Of a stretch of DNA of 64,000 nt, positions 12,678 through 26,681 are shown piece after piece. Position 1 is the stretch's first letter; every line of letters begins with the position of its first letter. Origin of the DNA: Octopus vulgaris (Eukaryota); contig OX597832.1 of assembly GCA_951406725.2 (NCBI GenBank), forward strand, positions 68,076,001 through 68,140,000, in the 5' to 3' direction. Position numbers and translations under genes: made by a program. Below the pieces are notes generated by a model. That model did not search any database. It was not told the origin of the DNA and saw only the letters and a program-made list of their open reading frames with translations.

Positions 12678-13072
12678 ATCTTGTATATTGGAAGGGTCAT
12701 AACGCCAATAATTATAAACACATGCATTGGTTCAATATCATTTCTTTATTATTAATCAACTGGTTATTTATCTAACCAACAAACTAATCGATCACCTATT
12801 TAATGCACTAGTTAAACAAACAAAGTGATTATTTGTAAAAAGTGATTATTTGTCATCGTTATTCATGATATCATCAATGAAATGCCCTCGCACTTCCGCA
12901 CGTTAGAGTGAGCGCATGTTATTGTTGGGGTTACGAATAGAGACGAAAGGACATTAAAAACAAACAACCGATTCATTGTTGAACCAACACATTAAGTTAG
13001 TTTAGTTAGTTGGTTAGAGATAGAACCGGCGCGCGTGTCTGATATTATTGATCCTCCCATTATACAACAAGA
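12678..13072. mobile_element. Decayed foldback/MITE-like element
   Basis: cttgtatattggaagggtcataa...acacatgcattggttc...ctaaccaacaaactaa at the left end is mirrored by ttagttagttggttag...gaaccggcgcgcgtgt...ttattgatcctcccattatacaacaag at the right end. Confidence 0.55.
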
Positions 13073-13077
13073 CTAAC

Positions 13078-13620
13078 AGGGTATCGGTATCTTTAAAATA
13101 CAGCCTATAACTTTTTGATACCATACCAGCTGAAATCATCTCAAATTGTCATACAAACTTCCGACTTGAAAGTGATCTAAATTAAAATCTTGCATCAAAA
13201 TTCCATGCGTGGTCATGTTCAAAAAACCAGCTTAGTAAAGACAATATAGTCCATTTCATCAGAAATATAGTGCAGATAATGTTTAAATCATGATAATTGC
13301 CCCAAGACTTAATAATGTAGAAGACAAACGTTTTAAATGTGGCTTCAATTTCGTTACTAATGTTTTGAAGCTTTTGTTCCGCACTGTTTACATTCTGAGT
13401 GCAACTCCTACCTTTCAGTCCTCCTTGAATGAAATAGTCAAGTGTCAAATATGGAAGATAATTTAATCTACAGAACTTATAGTCCTTAAAAGTTGCAGGG
13501 TTTGCACCTAAATGGAGAATGGCAATTCTTCTGCAAGCGACAAGACGCATATGTCCAGCAATTGCACTTCTATAGATATATTCAACTTCGCAATAAATAA
13601 TATATTCCGTTTTCACTGAA
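13078..13620 (-). mobile_element. Highly decayed Tc1/mariner-superfamily transposase C-terminus
   Basis: ORF 13182-13616 contains LPYLTLDYFIQGGLKGR...NSAEQKLQNISNEIEA, resembling the SPDLTPLDYFLWGxLKxxVY...xELKxxIxxEI block. A CAGGGT end lies at 13078. Confidence 0.45.
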
Positions 13621-13699
13621 CAAACTAGTTTTCTTTATGGTATGCAGCATAATTTGAACATTCATGGGTTCAGAGAAAGCCTGACCTTTCTTTCTTGGT

Positions 13700-14075
13700 T
13701 CGACTACAATCCGTGCAACATTTATATTCCTCACCATGCCTGCCATCTCTTATGTCCCTGCCATAAGGCTTCACTTCCACCCACACCAGCTTAATTTAAT
13801 TCGTCCTTAGTCAAAAAGACACCTGTTGTTATGTCCTGTCATTTGCATTTGTATACCATTTCTCCGTTTCTTTTCCGTCCTTGTTTTCGTATACATTCGC
13901 TGCTTTCTTCCAAAGAATCTAGTACTCATAGCTTAGTTTTACCTTAGGAGTGGCCAGATTGGAGCAATCTCGAGTATAACCAGCCGAAAATGCAAAGATA
14001 ATCTGGAACCCTTTGAGGAAAGAAAACTTCGAATGAGCTGCCCGTGTTTTTTCTTGCCCCATTCTTTGTATTCTT
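13700..14075 (+). mobile_element. Non-coding repeat homologous to the 3' part of the 55821-56730 element
   Basis: Shared blocks tcttcca..aatcta, gcttagtttt, tggcc, aatctc, cagccgaaa, ttcgaatg and ccgtgttt occur in the same order and with similar spacing. Confidence 0.65.
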
Positions 14076-14137
14076 TATATATATATATACACGTATATGT
14101 GTGTATATATATATATACTCATATGTACAATATATAT

Positions 14138-14175
<38 letters not shown>

Positions 14176-16206
14176 ATATGCATATTGTGCGCGTGCGCGT
14201 GCATGCGTGTGTGTGTTAGGATTAATTGGACACCGACAGAAAATTCGTTAGCGATTCACACAACAGACATCTGAATACCTTCCAGGCTTTTTCAGTTCGA
14301 TATGACACGGAAACATCTTGGGAAAATTCTTAACAGTGGAAACAAAAATGATCACAAGAAATTGAAATATCTAATGCACCGTTTTCTCTTCTTTTCCTCC
14401 TTGTACATAAAACGTTGCTAGAGTATGAGATGAAGTCGACGTCTGCTGACAGCAACCATAGAAAGTATTTCTTTAATCTTTCTTGAAAATTGCATTTGGG
14501 GATTAGCTTTAACATTTTCAAACTCTTTCATGAATCAAAATATATTATTTCAATTCCTTCATGATATAATCTTTCAAATAAACACGATTGTTCTAGGAGG
14601 GTGGTTGACCAGTTACATAGGGCGAGAAACAGACTAGATAGGAAGTCGGTATCTTGTGTGCTGTCAACCTGATTTCTTCGTGCTGACGGTCAAGGCACAT
14701 ATTTATCAAAAGGTCGAAATATTGGATCATGCCTCAGTTTCAACTTTCGAGTTCGTCCATTTTATTTTTCATCTATTCAAGTGAGAATTTCACAGACAAG
14801 TGTATGTTTAAAGTAATCCTTAAACCGAATGCGCATAACAAATTGTGTTCCAAGTTTCGACCTTTAAATCGAACGAGTTTCCGTTATTGTTTCCAGTTAC
14901 CAAATGTCAATAACTCGACTTAGATCAACCCGAGGCTGTGTGATAAAAATGTTTGCCATAAATTTCACATCGAGGTATCGAAATTGGGACCTGATGAGAG
15001 CAAAGACGACTTCTTAATGACTCATCGAAATTAAACTCCGTTCTACAATGTATGAAAATAGTGTTGCTCTATACAATAGCATCATCATGAAACTGAAACT
15101 TCATTCATTAACATACGGTGTTAATTGCGATACTTCCTGTGGATCAGGAAAAACTATACCAGTCCTTAACCAAGTTCAATGCATATCAAGGTAGCTTTAA
15201 AATTCGACGTCTGGCTCCGAGAAAAACGTGAATAACGTAGATGCGTACCCCAAAATTCTATCGACATTAAAATCATCACTGCAATGCGGCCATTTTGCCA
15301 CAGACATTAGTTCAGTGTATTTATTTAATACGCAGAGGTTTATTCATTTCTAACAATTTGCATTTATAGCCACGGGGCATTGATACGTCACTGCTTCCAA
15401 TAGGTAAACCAGTACAGTAAAAAAAATAACCGGTCAACTTCTATCGCCGCTTCGTGATAACAAATAATTGATTACTTTAATTAACATGAGGCTTCAAGTA
15501 AGTTATATTATTGTATGTGTCTGTTGAATAAAGTAATATTTAATAAGTAGACCATATCTCATTCACCTCGAAGAGTGGAACCGAAAAGTTAATTCTAGCA
15601 ATATTTTAGCACACACACTGTAGAAGTGAGAAGATAAATAATGAAATACAGGAAAGAAAAAATGTTGATCATAATTAACGAAGGAAATAAACGGAATTTA
15701 ATTAAAGTTTTTTTTTTATTGTTTCTTCTCATAATTAGAAGAAAATCAACACATCCAACAAAAAAAGCAAAACAATTGCAAGTAAAACAAATTCAAAAGA
15801 CATGCTGTAAAATTAGCTTCGAGTCATTTCAAATTCTGGATCAGACTTGGTATTTCTTCCACAACTGACATCTACAAGTCATTAAATGTCCCATCAGGAT
15901 TTTGCTTCCTGTCCACGTCACTGAAGGCCTAAATTCCTGCAGGAAATTGATGAGGTTATTTCATCAATGGCCCAGTATATTTCTGTGATATTTTCTTATT
16001 TTGGCTCATTAAAACCAGGTAACTATTTCACCAGGTGCATAGGAATGGAGTGGAAAAGTCATTTGCACATAAAATATAAAAATGTAAGTTTATCAAACGT
16101 TTCGGCCCGTATGGAAATTACTTTGTCTGGTTTCATATGGAGGCTTAAATTCAACTCATTCGCTACTAAGTGGGTATCTTCCCTCTTCTAATAATAAGTA
16201 ATGTTT

Positions 16207-16415
16207 AAGCTGGAAAAATCATTAGAAGACCGGACGAAATACTTAGTGGCATTTCACTAGTCATTATGTTTTGGGTTCTAATTCCGCCGAGGTCAAATTT
16301 TTCTGTCATCCTTTCGGGGTCGATAAGATAAGTACAAATTTGAGCACTGGGGTCAATGTAATTGACTTACCCCTCCCCAGTCCTTGCTGGTTTTCTGCCA
16401 AGATTTAAAACCGAT
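16207..16415 (+). mobile_element. SINE family A
   Basis: Contains ttccgccgaggtc...catcctttcggggtcgataagataagtac...cactggggtcaatgtaattgac. Confidence 0.8.
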
Positions 16416-17799
16416 ATTCAGTAATGTTTAAGTTGTCTCCCATAGATGCTCGGTAGCAAGAATACTGTTAAGTAATCCTTTGTATCGTTCCTGCTCCCGA
16501 TATTTAACTCTATTGTGGCGGACTGCGATGTAGAAATCACTGGAAATAATTAAATTAACGTTTATATTACGTAAGCTTCTATTCAAATCGAAATTTATGG
16601 GCAAACAGTTTAATAGTCTGGACGCCGGTTGCTTCTGAGGCCCCATTGTTCCTTCATGCCTTTATTGACTTGCAGTGGACACATCACCAACTATTCTTGG
16701 CGGATAATTAGGATGCATTAATGACATTATATTATTGGTATTTATTTGAGTCAATCAAGGTGCATCAATGCTATCTCTCGATATTCTACAGGTAAGGAAT
16801 AAAAACAACTTCACGTTAGTCTTTACAGGAAAGGAAAATAAAGAGGAGACATTGAAGAATTTTTAAGTACATGATGTCCATAGACGAATGGCAGGTGAAT
16901 CACGTCTGAAACGGTTTATGGTGTATGTATGTTCCACTAAGGAGGATTTGGGTTTAAATTACAGAAACCAAATCCAAAGATCAAGCCTCTATGTAGCTAT
17001 TTCTTCTGCTAAAGGTTCCTAATATTATACAACACTGCCGTAAAAGGGGGAGAATACATTTGATAATGCAGTTCCAAATACGCTATGTAAGAGAAAGACG
17101 AGATCGTCATCGCTGGAATGTCTTTCATCACATACCGGTGTGACGATGACTGAGTAGAATATAATTAACGAGAACCGGTAATTGTTAATTCGATAAATCC
17201 AGAGGATGTCTGGCAAAGATATAAATAACGGGAAAGGAAACAGTGATATAAAATAGTGTAAGGCATTTTAAATGCTGCTCTTTTTATTGTATAGCGGTCT
17301 ATATTCTCTATGTATATGGCATATATGTTGCAACCAATACAGATATAAATAAAACACTGAAAAGAAGTCATAAAAATCGTCATAAAAATATGATATGGAG
17401 CTAAACCATTAATACCTTACTTCTTTATACTCAGATACGTCACAAATCTCTTATATTTCTCAAAAGCTAACACCGAAAGTTGTGCTAATGGATTTTTCTG
17501 TTTATTTATGGGGGATATTAAATAGAAATGACACTAGTTATTCTGGAAACTTTTAAGCATACGCACACATATATGTGTAAGTATATATACATATAAGGCT
17601 ATGTGTATTTATGAGTCTGTGTGTTAGGATAGTGAATTGTGATTCTCTTGGTTATTTTCCTTGTTTTTAATCTACATACTCTCATATATTGCAGACATCA
17701 AATATAGAATTTTAAAACTGTAGGATGGGAACATTTGTGCATATATATATGTGTGTGTGTGTGTGAGTGTATGTGTATTTATGTGTGTGAGTGTATGTG

Positions 17800-17882
<83 letters not shown>

Positions 17883-18227
17883 ATTGCGTGTTTTATTTCT
17901 TTTCACTTTATCAATTAGTTATCTTTTAGATAAAATAGAACAACTTATAAATTAATTCCATCCTAACTACGTTGACTGGCACAAAATATTAGTTAAAAAC
18001 TAATTTCCCAAAAGAAGAGGTTCATACCTTTATTCATCATCAAATGACCAACTCGAAACATCATCAAATAACCTACTCGAAACAATCGCACAAAACAACT
18101 CAACGAATGTCAAATCTCTAGAATTAAGAAGGAGCAAACCCGAAAATCGTAGTCCGACAAAGAGAAATGAAAAGCGTTGGATCCGATAAAAACCGATATC
18201 ATGACTAATATCATATCATTTATTTTG

Positions 18228-18640
18228 TCTTTGTTTATTGGCTTCAGACATTAGACTGCGACCATGCTGGGGCACCACTTTCAGACAAGTCGATCCCTGG
18301 AATCAATTTTAAGTCTGATGCTTATTCTAGTGATCGCTTTTGCCGAACTGCCCGAACTCAAAAGTCAGGATGTAAACAAACCAACACCGGCTGTCAAGTG
18401 GTAATGGTGGTCGTGGGTACAAAAACACTAGTGGACGTACAAACACACACAAGAGCACAGCTCCCCACATACACGCATATACGACAGGTTCCCACAAAGT
18501 TCCCGTCTACCAAATTCACTTACAAGGCGTTAATCGGTTCGAGGATATAAGTACAAAACATGCTCGATGTGCTGCACAGTGGGACTGAACGCGGAAGCTT
18601 TGTGGTTGCAAAGCGACATTTTTTTTATCCTCAGAGCCAT
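18228..18640 (-). mobile_element. SINE family B, near full length
   Basis: gactgcgaccatgctggggcacc...gtaaacaaaccaacaccggctgtcaag...ccgtctaccaaattcacttacaagg...cagtgggactgaac. Confidence 0.8.
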
Positions 18641-18876
18641 ATCGACGTATTCGTATTTATACAAAACAACTAAGTCCGTGCCTCCATGTGAAGTTTTTAT
18701 GCCCAAATTAGACACGTAAAAGAAAAGTAATCATAAAAGTGGTCGAAGAGACACTCGTGAAATTACGAAGCACCAGAGTAAAGAAGCTAATCTATGGTTT
18801 GTTTGTTTTTTACCGAACAACTAAGTTTGAACAGACGTTAACAGCCTAACGTTGGTTGTCAAGCTGAGGGGAACAA

Positions 18877-18943
<67 letters not shown>

Positions 18944-18959
18944 CATACATAACACACTG

Positions 18960-19056
18960 CCTAAATGCCAATCTTGAAAAATTAGGCTACTCAAAACCAG
19001 AAAGGAGAAGGCTAATTCGAAGACTACCGATCCAAGCAAAACATACAAATCTGCAC

Positions 19057-19089
<33 letters not shown>

Positions 19090-19230
19090 CATACATACAT
19101 ACATACATACATACATACGTACACACATACATACATAGAAAAATACCCTGTTGATGAGCACTAAATCTAGGCTGGAAACCGGCTCTTTCACTATTGGCAA
19201 GAAATTTGGAAATAAAACTGAACAATGCGA
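18960..19230 (+). mobile_element. Possible 3' fragment of a restriction-like-endonuclease LINE, interrupted by (TACA)n
   Basis: Reads LNANLEKLGYSKPERRRLIRRLPIQA, loosely like the extreme C-terminus of REL-type LINE ORFs, and is followed by a UTR-like segment. Confidence 0.3.
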
Positions 19231-20048
19231 TACACACATGCATGCATACACATACACACACTAATACCTGCACCCTCATGATTACGTTGGTAGTCACTCG
19301 TAGTCCGACAAAGACGGCTCTAATTTCTAGTGGGAAAACTTCACAAATGATTTTGTTCATAGTGATCAACTGTATGACCTGCATATAAGTTTCTCCCCTC
19401 CTACAAACTGAATGCCTGAAAAGGTCACCGCGTCCCACACGTCATGAGCGAAAATGAACTCAGAGCTCGGCCAGATGAAGTGTTTTTGCCTCTGAACAAC
19501 ACAACGCACGATCTGATGCACATGCGATTGTGAATAAAACATCTTCACCACTGAGGTGTGCTCATTTATAAGTAAATGAGTACACACTCATCCATGCATA
19601 CACACCTATACATATATGAGGGGTTCGGTATATATTTCCTGCTTGCCAAAAAAGTATTTGTCAAACCAGAAATATGGTAGTAGGTACCCCACTGTGGGAT
19701 TCAATCCATAACACATGTCAGCGTAATGATGCCACAATATTATGGATGCGCACACATGCGTGTGTTACGAAGGGATACACAACTAGAAATGGATATCTAA
19801 ATTTTCCGGACAATAAATAGTTGACTACGGAATATATCTCACACACCTTTCCACGAACTGAAACCCACCGAGCAGACACCAGACCAATTCCATACAGGGT
19901 TTAAGTCTTTTGATTCTGTCAGTGAAATTTCATTTACCGCATTAGCGTGGATGTAGGTGTCTGATGAATATTCACGTCTTCTCACAAATACAAAGGCATA
20001 TATATTTGTGATACATATACAGTAAGTGTATATATATATATATACACT

Positions 20049-20094
<46 letters not shown>

Positions 20095-20934
20095 TATATA
20101 CATATATATAATATGTGTGTGTTTGTATTATGTATTTGTTATAAGTTCATTTTGTCTACACGATCACCCCTGTTTACTTCTGTCCCCGCTCGACACTTCT
20201 TCGCATCTATAACGAACTGCTTCAACAACAAATAAATAATTTGCAACTGAATAAAAAATATATATATAAAACCCTAACAAACACATATGTAGAATTGTAT
20301 GATTTAAGAATGTTCCAAGAAAGCAGATATTACACAACATATGAATAAATTACTTTGATCTTGTTGGAATTTCTCTCTCTTTAGATGTGATAGAAAAGAG
20401 AAAATACAAATTTCAGTCTTGATTTCGTAGCCAAGCTGCCTTTGATTTATTAAGTGTTCTAATACAGATTTCTACAGCATTTACGTCAAGAAATATTGCA
20501 CAAAATTATGTTTGATTTAGTTCAGTGTGAAATGTTGAGACTAATTACACTAACTGTCAACTAGCAGAGACATCTATACAAATAATATGAATCAGAACCG
20601 AGAAAGAAAAGCTGGGTAGATGGGTGGTTGCAGTTTTGGAATATTATGTACATATATAAAGAGAGAGTACTCTAGATGTTATACATGTATGAATAAGATG
20701 TTGTGAAGCTAAACAAATGACTCTATAGTCATTAACTGTGATCAGATGTGACGAGTTATTGTTATAGTTTACTGAACTTAGCGTATGTCACTTGTCAACC
20801 TCAGCTTTCTTAGTTCTTTCTATTTCCACTAAACAAAAGTTAATTCCATTCTAACACCGTGGTGAAATGCTTATAGGAAGGAGTTGCGGGGGTGGGGAAA
20901 GACACCTACTATTGTTACTGCTGTAATAATTCTT

Positions 20935-21098
20935 TCTAATTTTGGTAGGGAGGAGCAAGTCAAATGCATCGACTACAGGGTTCAACGGTACATTATTTTA
21001 TCGACATCGGTGGAATTTGAGCCGAGAACGTACAGATCCGCAAGAAATGGCCCTATGGATTTTGTCCGGCATGCAAGAGATTTTGCCATGTGATGGCC

Positions 21099-21099
<1 letters not shown>
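20935..21099 (-). mobile_element. SINE family A (decayed)
   Basis: tcgacatcggtggaatttgagccgagaacgtac...gaaatggccc...tttgtccggcatgc...gattttgcca. Confidence 0.65.
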
Positions 21100-21159
<60 letters not shown>

Positions 21160-22162
21160 TGTTTTCTTTATTGACCCCATGGGCCTACATAGAACATACA
21201 GGGCTCAAATACAGAGGCATAAACGGACACAAACGGAAGGGTTTATCGAGTAAACATATAAAACAAAAACAAAAATTAACAAAATTAAACAAATACAATT
21301 TCCCAAAGGCGGGGAGATTTCCAAGGAAAAAACCGTGCAATCCCCACAGACAATCACGGTTTCCCTTATCACTTAAGTAAATGCTTGCTCTCCCTTTTCA
21401 GAAGCGCTGGAGATGACGCAGCCTCAGCGCATGCCTCAGCATCAGCAACTACGGCATACCACCCCCCGCACAGCGGCTGTTGACCGCAGATGGACCACCT
21501 GACAAGAGGAACACGCCCTTTCCACAGAAAGCGAAAGGCGATACGTTCCAACGTGTTTAGGCGTGACATGGGACAAAGCACGACGGTCAGACAGTAATAG
21601 ATGACGGATTTGATGTAAGTATTCTCCACCTCTGCCCGACCTTTCAGGGACAGTTTCCTCTCAGCCATATTCTTGATTAGTTTGTGTACCCTGATCGTTA
21701 CCTCGTCCCAGTTCTTATTCACCTGGAGGTCTCGACCGAACCAGACTCCGAGTATCTTAACCGGTCCGTCTGGCCAGTGCCCTACGACGCGGTAGTAAGG
21801 TATAGACCTGATTCTCTAGGTGCCGAGTTGCAGGTCTACAGATTTGTCAGGATTAATCTTCCTGTCACTGCTGATCGCTTCGATGTGCATAGCGTCCGAC
21901 ACGGCTACGGTGACGTCACCTTCATACGCCGGTACGCTTCTCTCGAATCCTAGCTCTCGCGAGAAACCGCTCAACACCTCCATTTTCTGTAGGAGTAGCT
22001 CTAAATTAAACACATAGAGGAGAGGCTAGAGCGGGTGACCTTGGCGGACCAAGCGCAAAATACTAACCGACTCCGATAAGGTGGCCATTGACCTTGGCCA
22101 CCGAAGTGATGCCGCCGTAAATTTTCGAGATGCAGCCCCTGAAAACCTGCTGCCAGATATCG
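21160..22162 (-). mobile_element. Tx1/L1-clade LINE remnant (RT domain with deletions, plus 3' UTR)
   Basis: Minus frames give KIYGGITSVAKVNG, VRQGHPL*PLLYVFNLELLL, KNWDEV..RKLSLKGRAEVENTYIKS and FRFLWKGRVPLV. An AATAAA lies near the 3' end at about 21165. Confidence 0.85.
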
Positions 22163-23462
22163 ATAATAATAATAATAATAAAAATAATAATAATAATAAA
22201 AATAATAATAATAATAATGATGATGATGATTATTATTATTTCAAATAATAGCACGGGTGCTTTATTCGGAACTCTTTTTAAGATTTCGTGTATAGAATGC
22301 AGACGTGATGAATAGTTCTCGGTCCCGTTATTTATAACACGTTTCTATTGACTTCAACGTCTTGTTCTTCCTAATATTTTTATATCTTTCACACAATTAT
22401 CCCTAATTCTTTATGCTCCAGTTTCCCTTTCCGTATTTCAGTCTCTAATAAATTCCTACATCAATGTCTGTCTTTTTCTGTCCTCACCATACACATTCGT
22501 TTCTATGCTCAGCATACATATATAGATGTCAGAGGAGATAAGTTTTGAAACAACATATAAAGGATATTTGCGGCAATAAACTACCACCTCATCCGTAGAT
22601 TTGTCGCATTTAAGGGTACAAAATGTGTAGAATGAGGGAGAGCATCCACAATAATTCATTTTCACTCACAATAAAATTCTTCACTCAAATGATTGTGGCA
22701 TTGTATGGACTTTGTGGTGAGAATATGTTACCATGACAACCTGTGGCATGTAGAAAGTACATTTGTTGAATATGTGCGTGTGTGTTTGTTTGTGTGTGGG
22801 TGTTGGTGTTAGTTATTGGCTCCTGTTATTCTCTATGACATATATATATATATATATATATAACATAAGGGACTAAAGCAATCTGAATATGGCTAGGGAC
22901 AGGGCAGGGTGGTGGGGGTGTTACTGTTGCATTTAGCCCCAGGCGAACATCAACGTCGCCAGATAGGCTTGACACCATCACGGTGTCCTTTAACCTGCAA
23001 AGGGAAATAATTCCCCGATGAAGCGGAAACCACACACGGACCATGGTTTCAAGGTGTATTGCCTATCATCAACGTGTGGTAGGCCCCCGCTTCCTCGACG
23101 AAATCTCACTCTGCAGGATATTCATATATAGATTTTCAAGCAAAACATTCACATTCCTCCCCTTTACACGCACACATACTCACACAGCGTTGAAGCATTG
23201 ATTTTTGTTTCACTGTTGACTTTTCACCATCCCACCTCCATCCGTGGATCACCCCTTCCTTTCTCATTCATATGTTGTGTCGGAGAAATACACAAGAGTA
23301 TTATTATAGTAGAAGATACACGACGCTCTCTTTACCACTTCCTCTCTCCCATTGCTATTACTTTGTCTCACTCTCTCTCAGTCATAGCTATTACTCTCAC
23401 TACTATTCCTTCATTGAATTATTACTTTCTCTCCACTCCCTTCACCACTACTGCGTGATTTT

Positions 23463-23509
<47 letters not shown>

Positions 23510-23607
23510 AATATATAAAACACTACTCTCATTATATATATATATATATATATGTACAAACAAAAATATATAACAACACTACGCTCGTTATATATATATA
23601 TATATAC

Positions 23608-23640
<33 letters not shown>

Positions 23641-24432
23641 TGTATGTATGTATGTATGTATGTATGTATATACACGCATCAACTGTGTTAAGTGCTGTTC
23701 AAATCTCGCACTACTTTGCGTTACTGCTCTATATTTATGGAGCATCCAGTAAGTGTTTGCTGTGACTTGCTAAAATTCATATTTATAACTATTAGTAAAT
23801 ACGAAAGCTTTGGTTTTCTCACATGAGTTATGTAACAACGAAATTACAGCACAAAGGAGAAATATACAAAAGCAAAACAAAAACGTAATTAAGCAAACAG
23901 ACAAAATAAAATATTGTTATTTTGTCTTACAGTTATAATATTACTATAGTCATTGCAGCTGTATAAAGGGACTGATCATATTAAGTTATAATTAATGCGT
24001 CTTAATGTGGTATATAATTAATAATTCATTTACCGTGTGTACATACATACATACATGAATACACACACATACGGACATGCACACACACGTTTGCATGTAT
24101 GTAGACATGTATGTATCATATATATATATATATATATAGATAGATTGATATATATAGATAGATTGATATATATGTGTGTGTATATATATATAGAGAGAGA
24201 GAGAGTGAGAGATAGATAGATAGATAGATAGATTGCTATATATGTGTGTACATATATAACCACACACACCGCCCTAACAAAATAAGGAGTATCTCAGCTC
24301 TTAGGACTGCTTCTCTCTCAACATAAGATTAAAGTACTACTTTGAGACCCAAGTTACAGTAAACTTTTTTTTAAAGGGTGGATGGGAGGATCGCGTTTCG
24401 TAGAAGTGACATTTTCCCCCCGAAACATTTTG

Positions 24433-24712
24433 TAGGGGCAGTTATGGCTGTGTGGTAAAAAGTTTGCTTCCAAACAACACACGTGGATCCGAGTTCAGTT
24501 TCACTACGTAGCACCTTGGGCGAGTGTCTACTTCCATAAGCTCGGGCTGACCAAAACTTGTAAAGGAAATTGATGGCCGGAAACTGTAAGAATCCCGCTG
24601 CATGTATATATGTATGTGTGTGTATCTTTCTGTCTGCGTTTGCCATCTTATCTCTGCTTGACAACCGGTGCTGGTGTGTTTACGTCCTCGTAAATTAGCG
24701 TTTCCGCAAAAG
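24433..24712 (+). mobile_element. SINE family B
   Basis: Head tggctgtgtggtaaaaagtttgcttcc...gagttcag (A/B-box like), followed by cttgacaaccggtgctggtgtgtttacgtc. Confidence 0.85.
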
Positions 24713-24883
24713 AATTCTTGTGCGTCTGTGTCTATTTACACTCACGTATATGGTGTCTCTCTGCTCCTTGCAGACCTTCACTTCTTTTGTGAACAACAAA
24801 CTATACTGTATACAAAAGACAATTACTTAGAACATTTCCCAAGTAAATGTATGCTTTATATATATATATGGAAAAAGAAGTCA

Positions 24884-25226
24884 AGGTAGAAAATGCTAAA
24901 ATGGTTTTATAAAACCCATTTCATTCCCTTTTTCAATCATTGAAACTTTTTCAACTGTAAGTATGGAAAACAAATTTTGGAAAAGTTTTTCAAAAGAATA
25001 TTTGCATAGTATTGAAATACAAGGGGCATTTTCTTTGATTCTGTCTGTCTAGAAACAAGGAAAATGCCCCTTGTACTTGAACACTATGCAAATATTCTTT
25101 TGAAAATTTTTTCTTTCAACTTTTCCAAAATTTAATTGTTTTCCATACTTACAGTTGAAAAAGTCTTAATGACTGAAACTGGTACTGAAATGGTTTTTTA
25201 TAAAATTATTTTAGCATTTTCTACCT
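24884..25226. repeat. ~340-bp imperfect palindrome (foldback), each arm carrying a hammerhead-like motif
   Basis: aggtagaaaatgctaaa...caaggggcattttc is mirrored by gaaaatgccccttg...tttagcattttctacct, with the centre near 25045. Confidence 0.9.
25152..25187 (+). ncRNA. Degenerate minimal hammerhead motif
   Basis: cag-TTGAAAA-agtc-ttaat-gact-GAAA-ctgg-TA-ctg. All three stems are in place, but the first core box differs from CTGAAGA at two positions. Confidence 0.55.
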
Positions 25227-26267
25227 AAAATAATTTTATATAAAACCATTTCAGTACCATACATACGTACATACATACATACATACATACATACAAATGC
25301 ATATACACGAATAACTAAATATACAAGTGTGTACAGTTCGTTCAGTGTAAATGAGAAGGAAATGCTCTCAAATATCGATGTGTGTGTGCACTTGAGTGAA
25401 TGTGTGTGGTGGGGAGTGGTGTTAAAGCCCGAGATTTGTCCTTCTTGAACTCCAAGTTACAAGATTTTTTGCGGAATAGTTTCCTTCCTTTTGTTGAAAT
25501 CCTTTTGCAGCAAAATGTTACAGCATGAACCAAATGACATTTCTACTTTTGTTCTAAATTTTTTTTTTGTTTCCTGTATGGTGCATCGATATAAATGCAC
25601 TGCAAACTTGTCAACCGAGTCTTTAAAACGTAGCTTTAACTGTTTTTCAGATCTTTACAATTGTGGTTTCTAGAAGATTCGATACAACGAAAACTTGCCA
25701 TTTATTTAACATTAAAATAATATGGCAAGACAAAAACAGAAACAAAAAAAAAATCATGAACGTCGCATCCAACATAGTTTCAATCATCCTATACCTATTT
25801 TAGTGATATTTCGTACATAATCATTTGAAAAGTTTCAATAGAATTAATGATAAATTCAGTTACAGTTGTACACAAAAATTGCTAACTGCTTTAATGGGGA
25901 TAAAGAAGTATATATTCCAAATAGTTAACTGCAACGAAATTGTACTGCCAAAATATGTGACCAGTTTAAAAGATGGATGTAACAAAGAATCTGTTGAAGC
26001 AAAGATGGCGTCCCACTATTGTTGATGATAGAATATTTATTGTTACTCTAAGGATACTTTTAATACAAAGTGTATATACTCGGTCTGCATAGATTTCAGT
26101 TTGATGCATTAGTTAAGTGAACACTATGATTGTCGATCCTCTAGGTTAAGAGGAATAAGGATACTTGACACAAAAGATACCGGTTTTCACACTAGATGTC
26201 ACTATAATTACATACAGACATACTTACGCTGTTCACCGTCAGTGTCCTTATGTGTGTGTACATATTA

Positions 26268-26611
26268 CTCTTTTATCTCAGTCATTTGACTGCGGCCATG
26301 CTGGAGGACACCCTTTAGTCGAGCAAATCGACCCCTGGACATATTTTTTGTAAGCCTTGTAATTATTCTATCGGTCTCTTTATGGGGACGTAAACACACC
26401 AGCATCGGTTGTCAAGCGATGCTGGGGGGGACATACACAGACACACAACACACACACATATATATACATATGCATATAAACGACGGGTTTCTTTCAGTTT
26501 CTATCTGCCAAATCCACTCACAAGGCTTGCCCAAGGTACCATGCAGTGGGATTGAACCTGGAACCATGAGATTGGGAACCAAGCTTCTTACCACACAACC
26601 ACTCCTGCACC

Positions 26612-26612
<1 letters not shown>
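26268..26612 (-). mobile_element. SINE family B, near full length
   Basis: cagtcatttgactgcggccatgctggag...gacgtaaacacaccagcatcggttgtcaagcg...aaatccactcacaaggc...cttcttaccacacaaccactcctgcacc. Confidence 0.9.

Positions 26613-26681
<69 letters not shown>

Noticed and set aside
15943-16018. Possible plus-strand exon EIDEVISSMAQYISVIFSYFGSLKP
   Set aside because: Weak acceptor, no homology and no partner exons; this is expected by chance in 64 kb.
16677-16791. AG...GTAAG bounded segment on the plus strand
   Set aside because: Stop codons in all three frames.
19145-19190. TTGATGA...GGAAAccgg hammerhead-like string
   Set aside because: The core, cleavage site and stem I are all imperfect, so it is too degenerate to call.
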